Position numbers and translations under genes: made by a program
Source of the DNA: Desulfobacterales bacterium
GTDB lineage: Bacteria > Desulfobacterota > Desulfobacteria > Desulfobacterales > UBA5616
Assembly (NCBI GenBank): GCA_046483495.1
Contig: JAWODC010000009.1
Coordinates: 54,826-118,825, forward strand
Direction: 5' to 3'
DNA length: 64,000 nt
Shown: piece by piece, positions 40,654 to 51,477 of the stretch
Layout: every line of letters begins with the position of its first letter
Numbering within the stretch: the first letter of the stretch is position 1
Notes under the pieces: model-generated
The model's input: the letters and a program-made list of their open reading frames with translations, nothing else
Databases searched by the model: none
Told to the model about the DNA's origin: nothing

Positions 40654-41391
40654 ATGAAAGTGTTGGCATTCAACGGCAGTCCGAGAAAGGCCAAGGGGGC
40701 GACAGACCGCATTCTTCAGCAGTTTATGGAGGGAGCCCGGGAGGCCGGTGCGGATACGGAGACCATCTATCTGGCCGACCACCGGATCAACTATTGCACC
40801 GGATGCTTCAACTGCTGGCTGGTGCGGCCCGGCACCTGCGTTCACAACGACGATATGCCGGCGATCCAGGAAAAAATGGATCACGCCGATGTGCTGGTCT
40901 ATGCTTCTCCCGTTTACGTGGACGGCGTTACCGGTCAGATGAAAACGTTTATGGACCGGCATATCACCCGTTGCCTGCCGTTTATCGAGATTGCAAACGG
41001 CCACATGCGGCATCCCCGGCGACGTGAAGACATCGATCCTCATAAAATGGTATTTATTTCCACCTGCGGATTCGGTGAAATGGACAATTTCGACCCGATC
41101 GTTCAGCACATGGAGGCAGCCGCAAAAAACATGAGGGCCGAGTTTGTCGGCGCCCTGGTTCGTCCCATGGGTCCTGTTATGGAAACCATGGAAGAGATGG
41201 CGCCGGAATCCGTCAGGCCGGTTTACGAAGCATTCCAAAAGGCCGGGTTTGAATGCGTCTCCACCGGGGGCATCAGCGAAGAATCGACGCGCGCCGCGTC
41301 TAAACCCTTGATGACCAATGACGAATTCCTTGCCTTTGCCAATCCATACTTCCAGGGGGAAATCGACAAAAACAAAAAGGAGTCGGCATAA
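40654..41391 (+). CDS. Iron-sulfur flavoprotein / flavodoxin-like (NADPH-dependent FMN reductase family)
   Basis: FNGSPRK, CTGCFNC-x6-C, ASPVY and MKTFMDR motifs; AGGAGG RBS. Confidence 0.82.
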   Translation: MKVLAFNGSPRKAKGATDRILQQFMEGAREAGADTETIYLADHRINYCTGCFNCWLVRPGTCVHNDDMPAIQEKMDHADVLVYASPVYVDGVTGQMKTFMDRHITRCLPFIEIANGHMRHPRRREDIDPHKMVFISTCGFGEMDNFDPIVQHMEAAAKNMRAEFVGALVRPMGPVMETMEEMAPESVRPVYEAFQKAGFECVSTGGISEESTRAASKPLMTNDEFLAFANPYFQGEIDKNKKESA

Positions 41392-41402
41392 AACCCCGCG
41401 CA

Positions 41403-42551
41403 GTGGATACAGAAATCATCGTCGTGGATCAGACGATTCGGGAAGGAATGCAATACCGCGGGTTGATGTTTTCCGCGGAGGAAAGAAAAAAGATCCTCGC
41501 TTTCCAGGAGCGCCTTGGGATTCACGTCTCCCAGGCCGCCTACCCGCCGGCGCATCACAGTGAAGTCGAGCATGCCTCGATGCTGCATCGCCTGGCCCGT
41601 CGAGAGGGATACGGCATACGTATCGCCGGGCTCTGCCGGGCCAAGCCGGAGGATGTCGGCCGGATGCTCGATCACGGATTTACCGATTACCACCTTCATT
41701 CCGGCGTCAACCCCTCCATGATCAAACGCTTTGGATTGGACGGCATTTTCACCGATCTCTCCGAAACGGTTTCTCTGATACGCGCAAAGGTCCCCGAGGC
41801 ATTCACCATCCTGGCGTTTGCCGATGTGGGTTCCACCGATCCCGATCTGTTGGATCGATGCGTTGAATTTTCGGTCGAAAAACTGTGCACCGACGGCATC
41901 ACGCTGCCGGATACATCCGGCCGGTTGGCGCCCAACGTTTATTATGGCATGGTTCGGCGAATTGCCGAACGTATTCAAGGCCGAAGCACCCGCATTGCCG
42001 TTCACTGCCACAACGATTTCGGCATGGCGTCCGCCAACAGCGTAATGGGAGTGGTCGCCGGTGCATCGATCGTTGAAGTTGCGGCATTGGGAATCGGGGA
42101 GCGAAACGGCATCGGTGACGTGTACGTGGTGAGCCGGATGCTGAAGGAGCAGGGCATCCCGGTTCGGGTGAAAACGGATGAAGTGGATCTTTTTAGATCC
42201 TATTACGCCTACATTAACGATATCTGTGTGCGGCAGACCGGTTTCGGCCCGCTTCACTACAATACCCCCGCCTTCGGCGACGCCATTATGACGCACGTTG
42301 CCGGTACACACGGCATCATCCATTACAGCACCGCCGACGAAAAGAAATACTTTCTCAATGTCCTGTGCGGCCGTCATCTGGTGGAAGACTACCTGAAATC
42401 GATCGGCATAGCGTATGACCGACACAACCTCGACCGTATCGTGAAGCGTATAAAAGACCGCAGTGCCGTGCTCAACAGGAGCTTGGACCGCCGGGAGGTT
42501 TGCGTGATTGTCGAAGAAATCGGCCGGGAGGATCAGCCGGATTCCGTTTGA
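41403..42551 (+). CDS. DRE-TIM metallolyase (homocitrate/isopropylmalate synthase-like), no regulatory domain
   Basis: DQTIREGMQ, LPDTSG, HCHNDFG, GIGERNG and HVAGTH motifs. Confidence 0.8.
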   Translation: MDTEIIVVDQTIREGMQYRGLMFSAEERKKILAFQERLGIHVSQAAYPPAHHSEVEHASMLHRLARREGYGIRIAGLCRAKPEDVGRMLDHGFTDYHLHSGVNPSMIKRFGLDGIFTDLSETVSLIRAKVPEAFTILAFADVGSTDPDLLDRCVEFSVEKLCTDGITLPDTSGRLAPNVYYGMVRRIAERIQGRSTRIAVHCHNDFGMASANSVMGVVAGASIVEVAALGIGERNGIGDVYVVSRMLKEQGIPVRVKTDEVDLFRSYYAYINDICVRQTGFGPLHYNTPAFGDAIMTHVAGTHGIIHYSTADEKKYFLNVLCGRHLVEDYLKSIGIAYDRHNLDRIVKRIKDRSAVLNRSLDRREVCVIVEEIGREDQPDSV

Positions 42552-42658
42552 TCCCCGGCGGCTGCACCTGTCTTACCCCTGATGGTATTCGGCCGGGCCG
42601 GAAAGCTAAGCCGGCAGTTCCGCTGTTGTCGGGATCTCGAGTGCTTCAGGAGATTTCT

Positions 42659-43984
42659 TTAACGGCGTTCACGGCTCGGTGGGAGGCGCCGACCGGGACC
42701 GGAGAAAAGCGATGGTCGGCCCATCAGCCGCTTTCGTTCCTCCGGTTCGAAAATGGTGACTTTGCCGAACTCGCCGTCATATCCCGGCGAAACATGCAGG
42801 CGGTTATCCCGCATGCGTTCGATCGCTTCATCGAGCAGTGGAATCCCGGCGGCTTGGATATCGGCGGTCGGAATGGTGTGCAGAATGTCGAATTCCGGAC
42901 CGAGCTTGCGGAGTGCGCGATCGTAACCCGCCGCCGTTTTTTTCGTTTTCGGGCCGACCGAGTAAATTTCGGCAAGGATCTCCGGCAGCGGAATAATGCT
43001 GTGGAAGAACGGAACCGAACCGGTATCGGCGGTATCCCGATCCGCAAGCTCCATAACACGATACAAAACGCCGAGCGTCAGCGGCCGGCCGCACACGGGG
43101 CATATGCCGTTGTGTCTCAGGCTTTCTTCAGGATGCAGCCGAACACCGCATTTTCGGTGACCGTCATAATGATATTTTCCCTCTTCAGGGTAAAACTCGA
43201 ACGTGCCGGGAAAACGGTCCGAATCGCCGCTTTTCAGGGCGGATTTCATATCGTGGTAGGAAAGCTCGGTGTTGAACAGGTTGGCTTCCCTGCCGAGATA
43301 GAAGGGAGAGTGGGCGTCGGAATTGGATATCAATGTCAAGCCGTCCAGGCCGGAAACCCGACGGTTCATAATCGGATCGGATGACAGGCCCGTTTCAACG
43401 GCAAAAATATGGGGTGAGAGATCTTCAAAACAGGCCTCGAGGGAATCGAAACCCGATTTGGACCCCAATAGTGAAAACCACGGCGTCCATATATGGGCGG
43501 GCACCAGGAATCCCTCCTCGGTGACCTCGAGAAGTATTTCCAGCAGGTGCTTGGCATCAAGCCCCAGAATCGGGCGGCCGTCGGAGGTGATATTGCCGAT
43601 GGCGTCCAGCTTTGCATTAAAAATTTCCGCATGTGCGATATCGGGCAGAAACACCAAATTATGGTTTTTCCGGGTGCGGCCTTCTTTTTTGTAGATATTG
43701 CTGATTTCCGTTGCCAGGATAAAGCGGACCGGTTTTCGGCAGGACGACGGCACCTCTGTGTCGCAGACCCGGGCGATCGCCGGCTTCAGGCGAAATAAAC
43801 CGGGTTCGGCCGGTTCGAGCTTGTCCACAATTTCGGAAAACCAGCCGGGATGGGTGAAATCGCCCGTTCCCACGACCGTAATGCCCTTTATCCGGGCGGC
43901 GATGTACAAATGCTCCAGATCCAGATTTTTGGCGGTTGCCCGTGAATACCTGGAATGAATGTGTAAATCGGCGAGAAATTCCAT
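42659..43984 (-). CDS. Endonuclease Q family PHP-domain protein
   Basis: DLHIHS, AHIWTPW, NSDAHS, GKYH..GHRKC...CPVC and GYDGEFG motifs. Confidence 0.85.
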   Translation of the reverse strand: MEFLADLHIHSRYSRATAKNLDLEHLYIAARIKGITVVGTGDFTHPGWFSEIVDKLEPAEPGLFRLKPAIARVCDTEVPSSCRKPVRFILATEISNIYKKEGRTRKNHNLVFLPDIAHAEIFNAKLDAIGNITSDGRPILGLDAKHLLEILLEVTEEGFLVPAHIWTPWFSLLGSKSGFDSLEACFEDLSPHIFAVETGLSSDPIMNRRVSGLDGLTLISNSDAHSPFYLGREANLFNTELSYHDMKSALKSGDSDRFPGTFEFYPEEGKYHYDGHRKCGVRLHPEESLRHNGICPVCGRPLTLGVLYRVMELADRDTADTGSVPFFHSIIPLPEILAEIYSVGPKTKKTAAGYDRALRKLGPEFDILHTIPTADIQAAGIPLLDEAIERMRDNRLHVSPGYDGEFGKVTIFEPEERKRLMGRPSLFSGPGRRLPPSRERR

Positions 43985-44001
43985 TGTCGATGCCGTTTTT
44001 T

Positions 44002-46449
44002 TCAGCCTTCGCCGTCAACGCTTCTGCTGCTGAGAATTGCCATGGTTTCGTCGATTTCCGCCTGGGAGACCGATTGCCGAAGTTTTTCCATTTTCTTCAT
44101 GAACTCCGAGAATATGACGCCTTCGGCTGCGCTGATCCATTTCAGCTGCAGGCGCTCCGGCCGAAGTCCGAGCTTCTCCATTTTTTTATGGATTTTCCCG
44201 ACACGTTTTTCCGTCCAGTGGTTGGCATCGATGTAATGGCAGTCCCCGAAATGGCAACCGGACACCAGCACCACCGGTGCGCCCTTTTCAAAGGCTTCCC
44301 AGATGAATTTCTCATCCACGCGTCCCGAGCACATGGTTCGAACGATGCGGGTGTTGGGCGGATATTGGAGCCGTGAAACGCCGGCGTAGTCCGCGCCTGC
44401 ATAAGAGCACCAGTTGCAGGCGAACACCAGGATCTTGTTTTCCGGTGCCGATTCGAGCATGGCACCCACCTGTTCGAGAATCTGAATGTCGGTGAAATGG
44501 TTCATAATGATGGCGTCAAAGGGGCATTCGGCCGCACAGGTGCCGCATCCGGCGCATGCCGCGGAATTGACGACTGCAGGGATCTTGTTTTTTTTGTCCA
44601 CGCTGATGGCATTGTAAGGGCACACCTCGGCGCATATGCCGCATGCCTTGCACTTTTCCGTTATCATTTCAGCGGTGATCGGCTCGGTCAGTATTTCTCC
44701 CGTGTGCATCAGCCGGATAGCGCGGGCTGTCGCTGCAGAAGCCTGCGTGACGGTCTCCTTGATATCCTTGGGGCTTTCCGTGCAGCCGGCGAAAAAGATC
44801 CCGCGGGTGGCGGCATCCACAGGCTGCAGCTTGGGATGGGCCTCCAGGAAAAAGCCGTCCGGAGTCAACTGGAGCCCAAGCATTTCCTGCAGCCTTGCGT
44901 TGCTTTTGTTGGGCTTTAACCCGATCGCCAAAACGAGCATATCCAATTCATGAAATTCGATCTTGCCGGTGGCGGTATTTTCCACGGCCACCCTCAGGCT
45001 TTTTTCGGCATTCTCTTCAACGGTTCCAGGCAGTCCGCGGATGTACTGGACACCCAGGCGCCGGCTTCGGCGGTAGAGCTCTTCGAAACCCTTGCCGAAT
45101 GCCCGAATGTCGATGTAAAAAACTTTGACCGAAATGTCCGGGAAATGTTCTTTGATCACCAGCGTACTTTTGATGGAATTCATGCAGCAGATGTTGGAGC
45201 AGTATTCTCCGCCCTTTGCCGCCGACCGGGACCCGACGCATTGAATGAAACCGACGGAGGCGGGAAGCTTCCGGTCCGAAGGCCGGATAAGCCGTCCTTT
45301 CGTAGGGCCGCCCGCATTGACAAGCCGTTCGAATTCAAGGCTTGTCAGAACATTCTCAAATCGGGTGTAGCCGTACTCATCCATTTCCGTGGGATCATAC
45401 GGTGAAGATCCGGTGGCCACGATGATCGACCCCACGTCCTCGACAATTTCTTCATCGGACATATGAAAATTGATGCATTTCTTTTCACAAACCTCAACGC
45501 ACTTGGCGCATACCGAGGGGTTGTTGCCCAGGCACTCCTTTATATTGACCACGTATGCAGCGGGCACGGCCTGGGGAAACGGTGAGTAGATGGCTTTGCG
45601 GGAAGAAAGCCCGATATTGAATTCATCCGGACGCACCACGGGGCATACCTTGACGCATTCGCCGCAGGATGTGCATTCGTTTTCCATGACGTACCGCGCT
45701 TTTTTCAGCAATTTGACTTTGAAGTTGCCGACATACCCTTTTAAATCAGTGACCTCCGTAAGGGTATGAAGCGTAATCCGGGGATGCCGACCGACATCCG
45801 TCATCTTCGGACCGAGTATTCAGATGGAGCAATCCATCGTGGGAAATGTTTTGTCCAGTTGGGCCATAACACCACCGATGGAGGGGCTCTTCTCGACGAG
45901 GACGACATCGTATCCGTTGTCGGCCAAATCGAGGGACGCCTGAATGCCGGCAACTCCGCCGCCGATCACCAGCGTGCGTTTGGTCAGCGGCAGATTCTCC
46001 GGAAACAGGGGTGTGAGATGGCGCACCCGGGAGATGCTCATCTTGACCAGGTCTATGGCCTTTTTCGTGGCCGCTTCGGGATCCTTCATATGGACCCAAC
46101 TGCACTGTTCGCGAAGATTAGCCATTTCAAGCATATAAGGGTTCAGTCCGGCGGCCTGCATCATCTGTCGAAAGGTCGGCTCATGGAGCCGGGGGGAACA
46201 GGATGCGATCACGACGCGGTCAAGGCGGTTCTCCTCGATGTCCGTGCGAATCTCATGCTGACCCGGTTCGGAGCAGGCATAGCCGACGTCCTTTCCTACA
46301 ACAACATTCTCCAATTCAAGCGCCTGTTCAGCCACGGCTTGGCAGTTGACCGTTTGAGCGATGTTCAAACCGCAATGGCATACGTAAACACCGATTCTGG
46401 GTTCGGCGTTTTCTTCCGAAGATGTATGTAAGACGCGTATTGCTTCCAT
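44002..46449 (-). CDS. hdrA: Selenocysteine-containing HdrA fused to MvhD (815 aa, Sec210)
   Basis: Two in-frame ORFs join at TGA 45820-45822 in KTFPTMDCSI-U-ILGPKM; SLEFERL, CVGSR, CSNICCMNSIK; C-terminal MvhD CNWC/MCSGRV/GCHFGDCHY. Confidence 0.9.
45782..45799 (-). promoter_or_regulatory. Bacterial SECIS element candidate
   Basis: GGATGTC-GGTC-GGCATCC hairpin whose loop starts 27 nt after the UGA. Confidence 0.7.
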
Positions 46450-46503
46450 CAGTTACCTCTCGAATTCGTTTTTAAAAACACAGCATCATCCAGGGTGATT
46501 CGA

Positions 46504-48087
46504 CTACTCCCAAGTGATGGTTTCGGCGATTATGCCGGTTAAGTCTTTCATCTGAATGCGCAGTTCGTCACCCAAAAAGGGATCCTCCATGGCGCAGCCA
46601 AGGTGGATCTGGCATTTCGGGCAGGCGGTGACAAGCAAATCGCTGCCTGTTTCTTTTGCCTGCCTCAAGCGCTTCACCTGCAAGGCCTTGCTGTAGGAGT
46701 CGCAGCCGATCCAGGCGCAATTGCCGCAGCAGACGGCGGCACGGCCATGCTCCTGCATCTCCGTGAACCCTTCCGGCTTCAATCGTGAAAGCAGGTGCCT
46801 GGGAAGATCGGCATTGTCATCGAGGCGGCTCATCCGGCATGAATCCTGAAAGGTGATATGTTTGGCAATTTTCTTGAATTCAATGCCGCCCTTGCTGATT
46901 TCCCGTTGGAGCAATTCGTAGATGTGGGTTACCTTAAAGTCGATTGAAATGCCGTTTTCAGGGTAGTCATGGGCCAGGGTCCGGTAACATTCGGGGCAGG
47001 CGGTGACCACTTCTTCAATGTTCTTTCGATGGATAGCCTCTACATTGAGGGCCGCCAACTTGAGAAAATGCTCCCTGTCGCCTGACCATAACAGATCATG
47101 CCCGCAGCAGCGCTCGTGTTCGAGAAGAGCCGGCCGAATGTCGAAAAAATTCATCAATCGGAGACTGTCTTCCAATATGGCGGCTGTGTTCACCCCCTGT
47201 TGATGCTTGAAAAATCGGTCGAAATAGGGGGCGCATCCACCGAAAAACAAGATTTTACCGGCGTCATCGGTTCGAATTTTGTTGGGCAGCCAATTCCATT
47301 TTCTCGGCTTTAGGTTCGGTGATGTCATGGTCCTCATTAATGCGTGAAAAAAACCGTCATGGGTCTCCCGCGGAATCTGGCCTCCGCTGGTTATGAAAAA
47401 TCGGATATCCCGAATGAATTCCGGAAAATTCACTGCCGAGGGGCACCGGTCGTAACAAATGCCGCATGTCAGACAAGACCATATATCCTCCTTCACCTGG
47501 GGCGAATTCACATGTCCGGCAATAATGGCATTTGCCACGGAGCGCGGTGAAAACGGTTTTCCGATAAGCGTCAACGGGCAGGTCGAAGAGCATTTGCCGC
47601 AGTCCTGGCAGGCATATACATCGTGTTTGGAAATGATTTCTTCTACGGTGACGGGCTCTGTGGGACGGGGCTCCGTCATCGGCGAAACCGGGGTTTTCCC
47701 CATCGTCCCGATTTCCTCGGAGAAGGATTTTAAAAAATGCAAAAGCGCATCGGCGTCTTCGGGGAGGCAGGTCTCATGACGCAGCCTGCTGCGCCCCAGC
47801 CCCAAAATTTCGAGAATATTCCCGGTATCTTCGATATTGGTGGCGGCGATATCCGTGCCGCTGCCGTATCTGCAGGCCCCCTGGGAGCAGCCGACAACCG
47901 CCACACCGTCGGCGCCCATTTCAAAGGCCTTTAACAGCAGCGACTTGCTGACCCTCCCTGTGCAGGGAAGCCGGACCATTTTGATTTCGTACGGAATATC
48001 CGCACACCGGTCCTGAAGTGCCTGATAGGCCGTGTGCGGGGCCCAGTTGCAAATGAATAGTATAATGTTTTTCGGGGTCATGTTCAA
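46504..48087 (-). CDS. MvhD-like [2Fe-2S] domain fused to an HdrD-like protein (two 4Fe-4S, two CCG domains)
   Basis: CNW/PCTGRV/GC.x.CRY; CQDCGKCSSTCP and CLTCGICYDRCP; CCG...CPEC and CCG...CPKC. Confidence 0.85.
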   Translation of the reverse strand: MNMTPKNIILFICNWAPHTAYQALQDRCADIPYEIKMVRLPCTGRVSKSLLLKAFEMGADGVAVVGCSQGACRYGSGTDIAATNIEDTGNILEILGLGRSRLRHETCLPEDADALLHFLKSFSEEIGTMGKTPVSPMTEPRPTEPVTVEEIISKHDVYACQDCGKCSSTCPLTLIGKPFSPRSVANAIIAGHVNSPQVKEDIWSCLTCGICYDRCPSAVNFPEFIRDIRFFITSGGQIPRETHDGFFHALMRTMTSPNLKPRKWNWLPNKIRTDDAGKILFFGGCAPYFDRFFKHQQGVNTAAILEDSLRLMNFFDIRPALLEHERCCGHDLLWSGDREHFLKLAALNVEAIHRKNIEEVVTACPECYRTLAHDYPENGISIDFKVTHIYELLQREISKGGIEFKKIAKHITFQDSCRMSRLDDNADLPRHLLSRLKPEGFTEMQEHGRAAVCCGNCAWIGCDSYSKALQVKRLRQAKETGSDLLVTACPKCQIHLGCAMEDPFLGDELRIQMKDLTGIIAETITWE

Positions 48088-48093
48088 AACGCT

Positions 48094-51000
48094 CTAGTTT
48101 ATCGTGGATGTATTATTTACCAGTACTTCTTCAATGGTCTGCTCCAGAAAATACCGATCCCGGTAGGGGCTGTCCGCTGCATTGGAAGGGCAATTGGATA
48201 TACAATTGCCGCAGCCCTTGCAAATGGTTTCATTAACGACGGCGTACCAGCCCCCGAGATCGTTTTGATGCATCCGGATGGCCTGGTACGGGCAAACCGA
48301 AGCGCAGCGGCCGCACCCCCGGCACAGGGATTCATGGACGACCACCGTAAAGCCCTTGCTTTGACGGGGCCCACGGGGCATCAGCGCCGCCGCACTCACG
48401 GCCGCCGATTCGCCCTTTTTCCTTTTGGAAACGTGAATGCCCGGGGGATCCGCCAGGTAAAGTCCCTTAATGGAGGTAGAGCCCGGCGCGAAAAAAGGCA
48501 GCCCGGATTTTCCCGCCTTTTGCAGGGTCGATGTCACCATCCTGCTGGGCATCTCGTGCTGATGGACATAGTTGATTTTCGATCGGGCCTTCTCACCGAG
48601 AATAACGGACCCGAATTGCAGGTTCTGCTCAAAATCGCCTCTCTGGACGAGCAGCCTGAATTCACCCAGGTTGCCGCTGATGCTTTTTACTACGGCGTCC
48701 TTCAACACGTGAATATTTTGATGGAGAGAAGTGGCACTGAGATCGGTGCTGTTGCTCGAGAAAAGAAATACCTCCAAACCCGCTTCGGCCAGCGTCATGG
48801 CGCTGTTCATGGCGGCTTTGGATGTTCCGATAACGGCGGTCGTGAAGTTATAGTTTCGAATCAAAGCGGGTAGGGGCTTCAGCCGTCTTGCCCGTTCGAT
48901 GGAACGTTCCATTAAGCCCGTAAAACGGGTCAACGCGTTTTCGGGGTCCCGGCCGACAAGGCGAAGCACTTCCCCCCTGATATTGCAGGTTTCCACCATG
49001 GACCTGCTGATGCCGGTTCCGGTAAAGAGTGCATTCTTGAGTCTGCTTCGCTGATCCGTGCAGGCACTGCAGATAAAATTCAACGGGCAGCACACGCATG
49101 AGGCCAGCACCATTCGTGTAATGCCCTTGTCCCGCACCATCCTGAGGATTTGAGTATAGCCGTCAAAAATGCAGGCCGAATTCAGTATTTCTACGTGGGC
49201 AATATCTTCACGTTCATTCAACTGTTCGAGGTATCGGGTCATTTCATCCATCCAGCCCATGCTGTCGTTGCATCGGCATACGAAAATACCCATTCGGACA
49301 GCGGGTGAAAGGCCGGGATCGGGTGCATGAAATGAAATGCCGTATCCTTTAGGCCGTTGGGAGGTTTCCTCCAGCAGCACCATCGCTCTCGCAGCCGCGG
49401 AAAGGCCGCGGATAACCATGGCGTTTACGTCGGGTTTTGCGGATTTCGGACCGTATGCCCGTATAACATCATCCCCTTTGACCTGCGGCGATATGTCCGG
49501 GTCCGCGATGATCAGAACACCGGCATGCTCCATCATTTCCTTCGCGGCATCCTGGTGCATAATGGCCCCGATCTCCCCACAGGCTTCAACGCACTGAAGA
49601 CATTGGGAACAGATGCCGCACTGCAGGCATCGCTGGGCTTCGAAAAGTACCTGGGACTCGGTCAGGCCGAGGGCGACTTCATGAAAGTCGAAGATCCGGG
49701 TGGCGGGTTGGCGCTCCGGCATCGGCGGACGGGCCATGGCCGGAATATCTTCCGGTATCGGCGGATATTCCTCTTCGCTTCGTGACAACGGTATGGACAA
49801 GTCCTCTTCTCCACCGAGGTCGCTGTGAATCGTCCGTGCGGCTTTCCGGGCCGAAGCCATGGCCTGCACTACCGAACTTGGACCGGTAACCGTATCACCG
49901 GCGGCATAAACATATTTCAAATCGGTTCGGAAAGCATCATCGGTCCGGATGGACCCCTTGGAAGTAACGGCAAATTGAAACGGCCTGGAAGCATTTGCAA
50001 ATGAGTGGGTTTGGCCGATGGCGACGATCGCCCGGTCGAAAGACAATTCGACGGGCTCGCTGTTTTTTGCCAAAATCGGCCAGCAAATGCCGTGTCGGTC
50101 CGGTTTTCCGGGTTTGGTCGGTTTGCAGATCAGGGTGCTCAATCGATTGTCCGACCCGGCGAACTCGACGACTTGAAGGCGGGTTAAAATGGTGATCTTT
50201 TCTTCCCTGGCACCTTTTTGTTCTTCCGGGTCGGCCGGAATATCCTCTTCGGAAAACCAGCTGACCAGGGTGACTTCCGCCCCCAGACGTTTTAACACCC
50301 CGGCTAAATCGAAAGCGGCGTTTCCGTCCCCGATGACGGCGATTTTTTCACGGATTTCGGTTGCAGGATTCCGATAAAACCGGGATAAAAAAGAGACGCA
50401 GCCTTCCACGCCGGAAAGCGATTCTCCGGGGACGCCCAACTTCCGGTCGTTCCATGCTCCTGTTGCAAGCAAAACGGCACTGAAGTTTCTGTAAAAAGCC
50501 GACAGTCCGTCCTGCAAATCGATGGCATGATCCGTTTCAAACGTGACGCCCATGCGCCCGATGGCGTCAATCTCCCTGTCCAGAATTTCCCGGGGCAGGC
50601 GATGGGTTCCGATGGCATATCGAAGAAAACCGCCGGGCTTTTTTTCCTTTTCGAACACCGTCACCGAGTATCCGTTCCGCGCCAGATCCGCCGCGGCGGC
50701 CAGGCCGGCCGGCCCCGAACCGACAACGGCTATTTTTTCGCTGCGGGAATGTGCGGCCTTCGAATACGTTTCCAAGGGCGTGGTGCCGTCCGCGATTTCC
50801 CGGTCTGCAACAAATCGTTTGATGTCCCGAATGGCGATCGGCTTATCCAATTCCTGTCGGCGGCATTCGGTCTCGCAGGGGTGGGTGCAGATGCGCCCGC
50901 AGATGCCCGGCAGAACGTTGTCCTGCCGAATCAGTTCGAGCGCCTCACCATACCGTCCCGCCTTTGTCAGGGCGATGTATCCCTGGACATTGACGCCCAG

Positions 51001-51477
51001 CGGACAATTTTCCTCGCAAAGGGGCTGCCGCCGTTTGTCGATAAAAGGCCTGCCCGGCAGCCCCATGCGCCCCCTGTGCTGAATGGCCTTTAAACCGTCC
51101 GGCGATATCGCCGGGCAGACGTCCACGCACTTTCCGCAGAGAAGGCACCGGTCGGCGTCGATGTAGGTGGGCTTTTTTTGCAGCCGCACCCGGAATCCCT
51201 GGGGATTGTGTTTGATGGACAGCACGTCGGCCGGCATCATGCACTGAATGGATGGATTTCTCAGAATGCGAAGAATTCCGGGCCGATGCGCGTAAGTAAA
51301 TGCCATGCCGGAATCAAGGCGATATTCGCCTTTCGAGAGTTTCTCATCCAGATCATGCTCTGAATCCACAAGGGTGACGGGAATGCCGATTTCCCCAAGC
51401 TTGTTCGTTGCGGCTATACCGGCGGCGGTTGCGCCGATAACGATCACTTTATGAAGACGATCTTTAGGTCCTTTCAT
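48094..51477 (-). CDS. HdrL-like HdrA/GltD-fusion flavoprotein (1127 aa)
   Basis: Degenerate HdrA N-part, ferredoxin, GltD module (CGRICTHPCE, GSGPAGL, GDGNAA, AAGD), GIFVCRC HdrA domain, C-terminal 2x[4Fe-4S]. Confidence 0.82.
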   Translation of the reverse strand: MKGPKDRLHKVIVIGATAAGIAATNKLGEIGIPVTLVDSEHDLDEKLSKGEYRLDSGMAFTYAHRPGILRILRNPSIQCMMPADVLSIKHNPQGFRVRLQKKPTYIDADRCLLCGKCVDVCPAISPDGLKAIQHRGRMGLPGRPFIDKRRQPLCEENCPLGVNVQGYIALTKAGRYGEALELIRQDNVLPGICGRICTHPCETECRRQELDKPIAIRDIKRFVADREIADGTTPLETYSKAAHSRSEKIAVVGSGPAGLAAAADLARNGYSVTVFEKEKKPGGFLRYAIGTHRLPREILDREIDAIGRMGVTFETDHAIDLQDGLSAFYRNFSAVLLATGAWNDRKLGVPGESLSGVEGCVSFLSRFYRNPATEIREKIAVIGDGNAAFDLAGVLKRLGAEVTLVSWFSEEDIPADPEEQKGAREEKITILTRLQVVEFAGSDNRLSTLICKPTKPGKPDRHGICWPILAKNSEPVELSFDRAIVAIGQTHSFANASRPFQFAVTSKGSIRTDDAFRTDLKYVYAAGDTVTGPSSVVQAMASARKAARTIHSDLGGEEDLSIPLSRSEEEYPPIPEDIPAMARPPMPERQPATRIFDFHEVALGLTESQVLFEAQRCLQCGICSQCLQCVEACGEIGAIMHQDAAKEMMEHAGVLIIADPDISPQVKGDDVIRAYGPKSAKPDVNAMVIRGLSAAARAMVLLEETSQRPKGYGISFHAPDPGLSPAVRMGIFVCRCNDSMGWMDEMTRYLEQLNEREDIAHVEILNSACIFDGYTQILRMVRDKGITRMVLASCVCCPLNFICSACTDQRSRLKNALFTGTGISRSMVETCNIRGEVLRLVGRDPENALTRFTGLMERSIERARRLKPLPALIRNYNFTTAVIGTSKAAMNSAMTLAEAGLEVFLFSSNSTDLSATSLHQNIHVLKDAVVKSISGNLGEFRLLVQRGDFEQNLQFGSVILGEKARSKINYVHQHEMPSRMVTSTLQKAGKSGLPFFAPGSTSIKGLYLADPPGIHVSKRKKGESAAVSAAALMPRGPRQSKGFTVVVHESLCRGCGRCASVCPYQAIRMHQNDLGGWYAVVNETICKGCGNCISNCPSNAADSPYRDRYFLEQTIEEVLVNNTSTIN

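Noticed and set aside
45820..45822. hdrA as a nonsense pseudogene or two separate genes
   Set aside because: The stop is UGA at a conserved Cys position, the frame continues, and a SECIS-like hairpin follows
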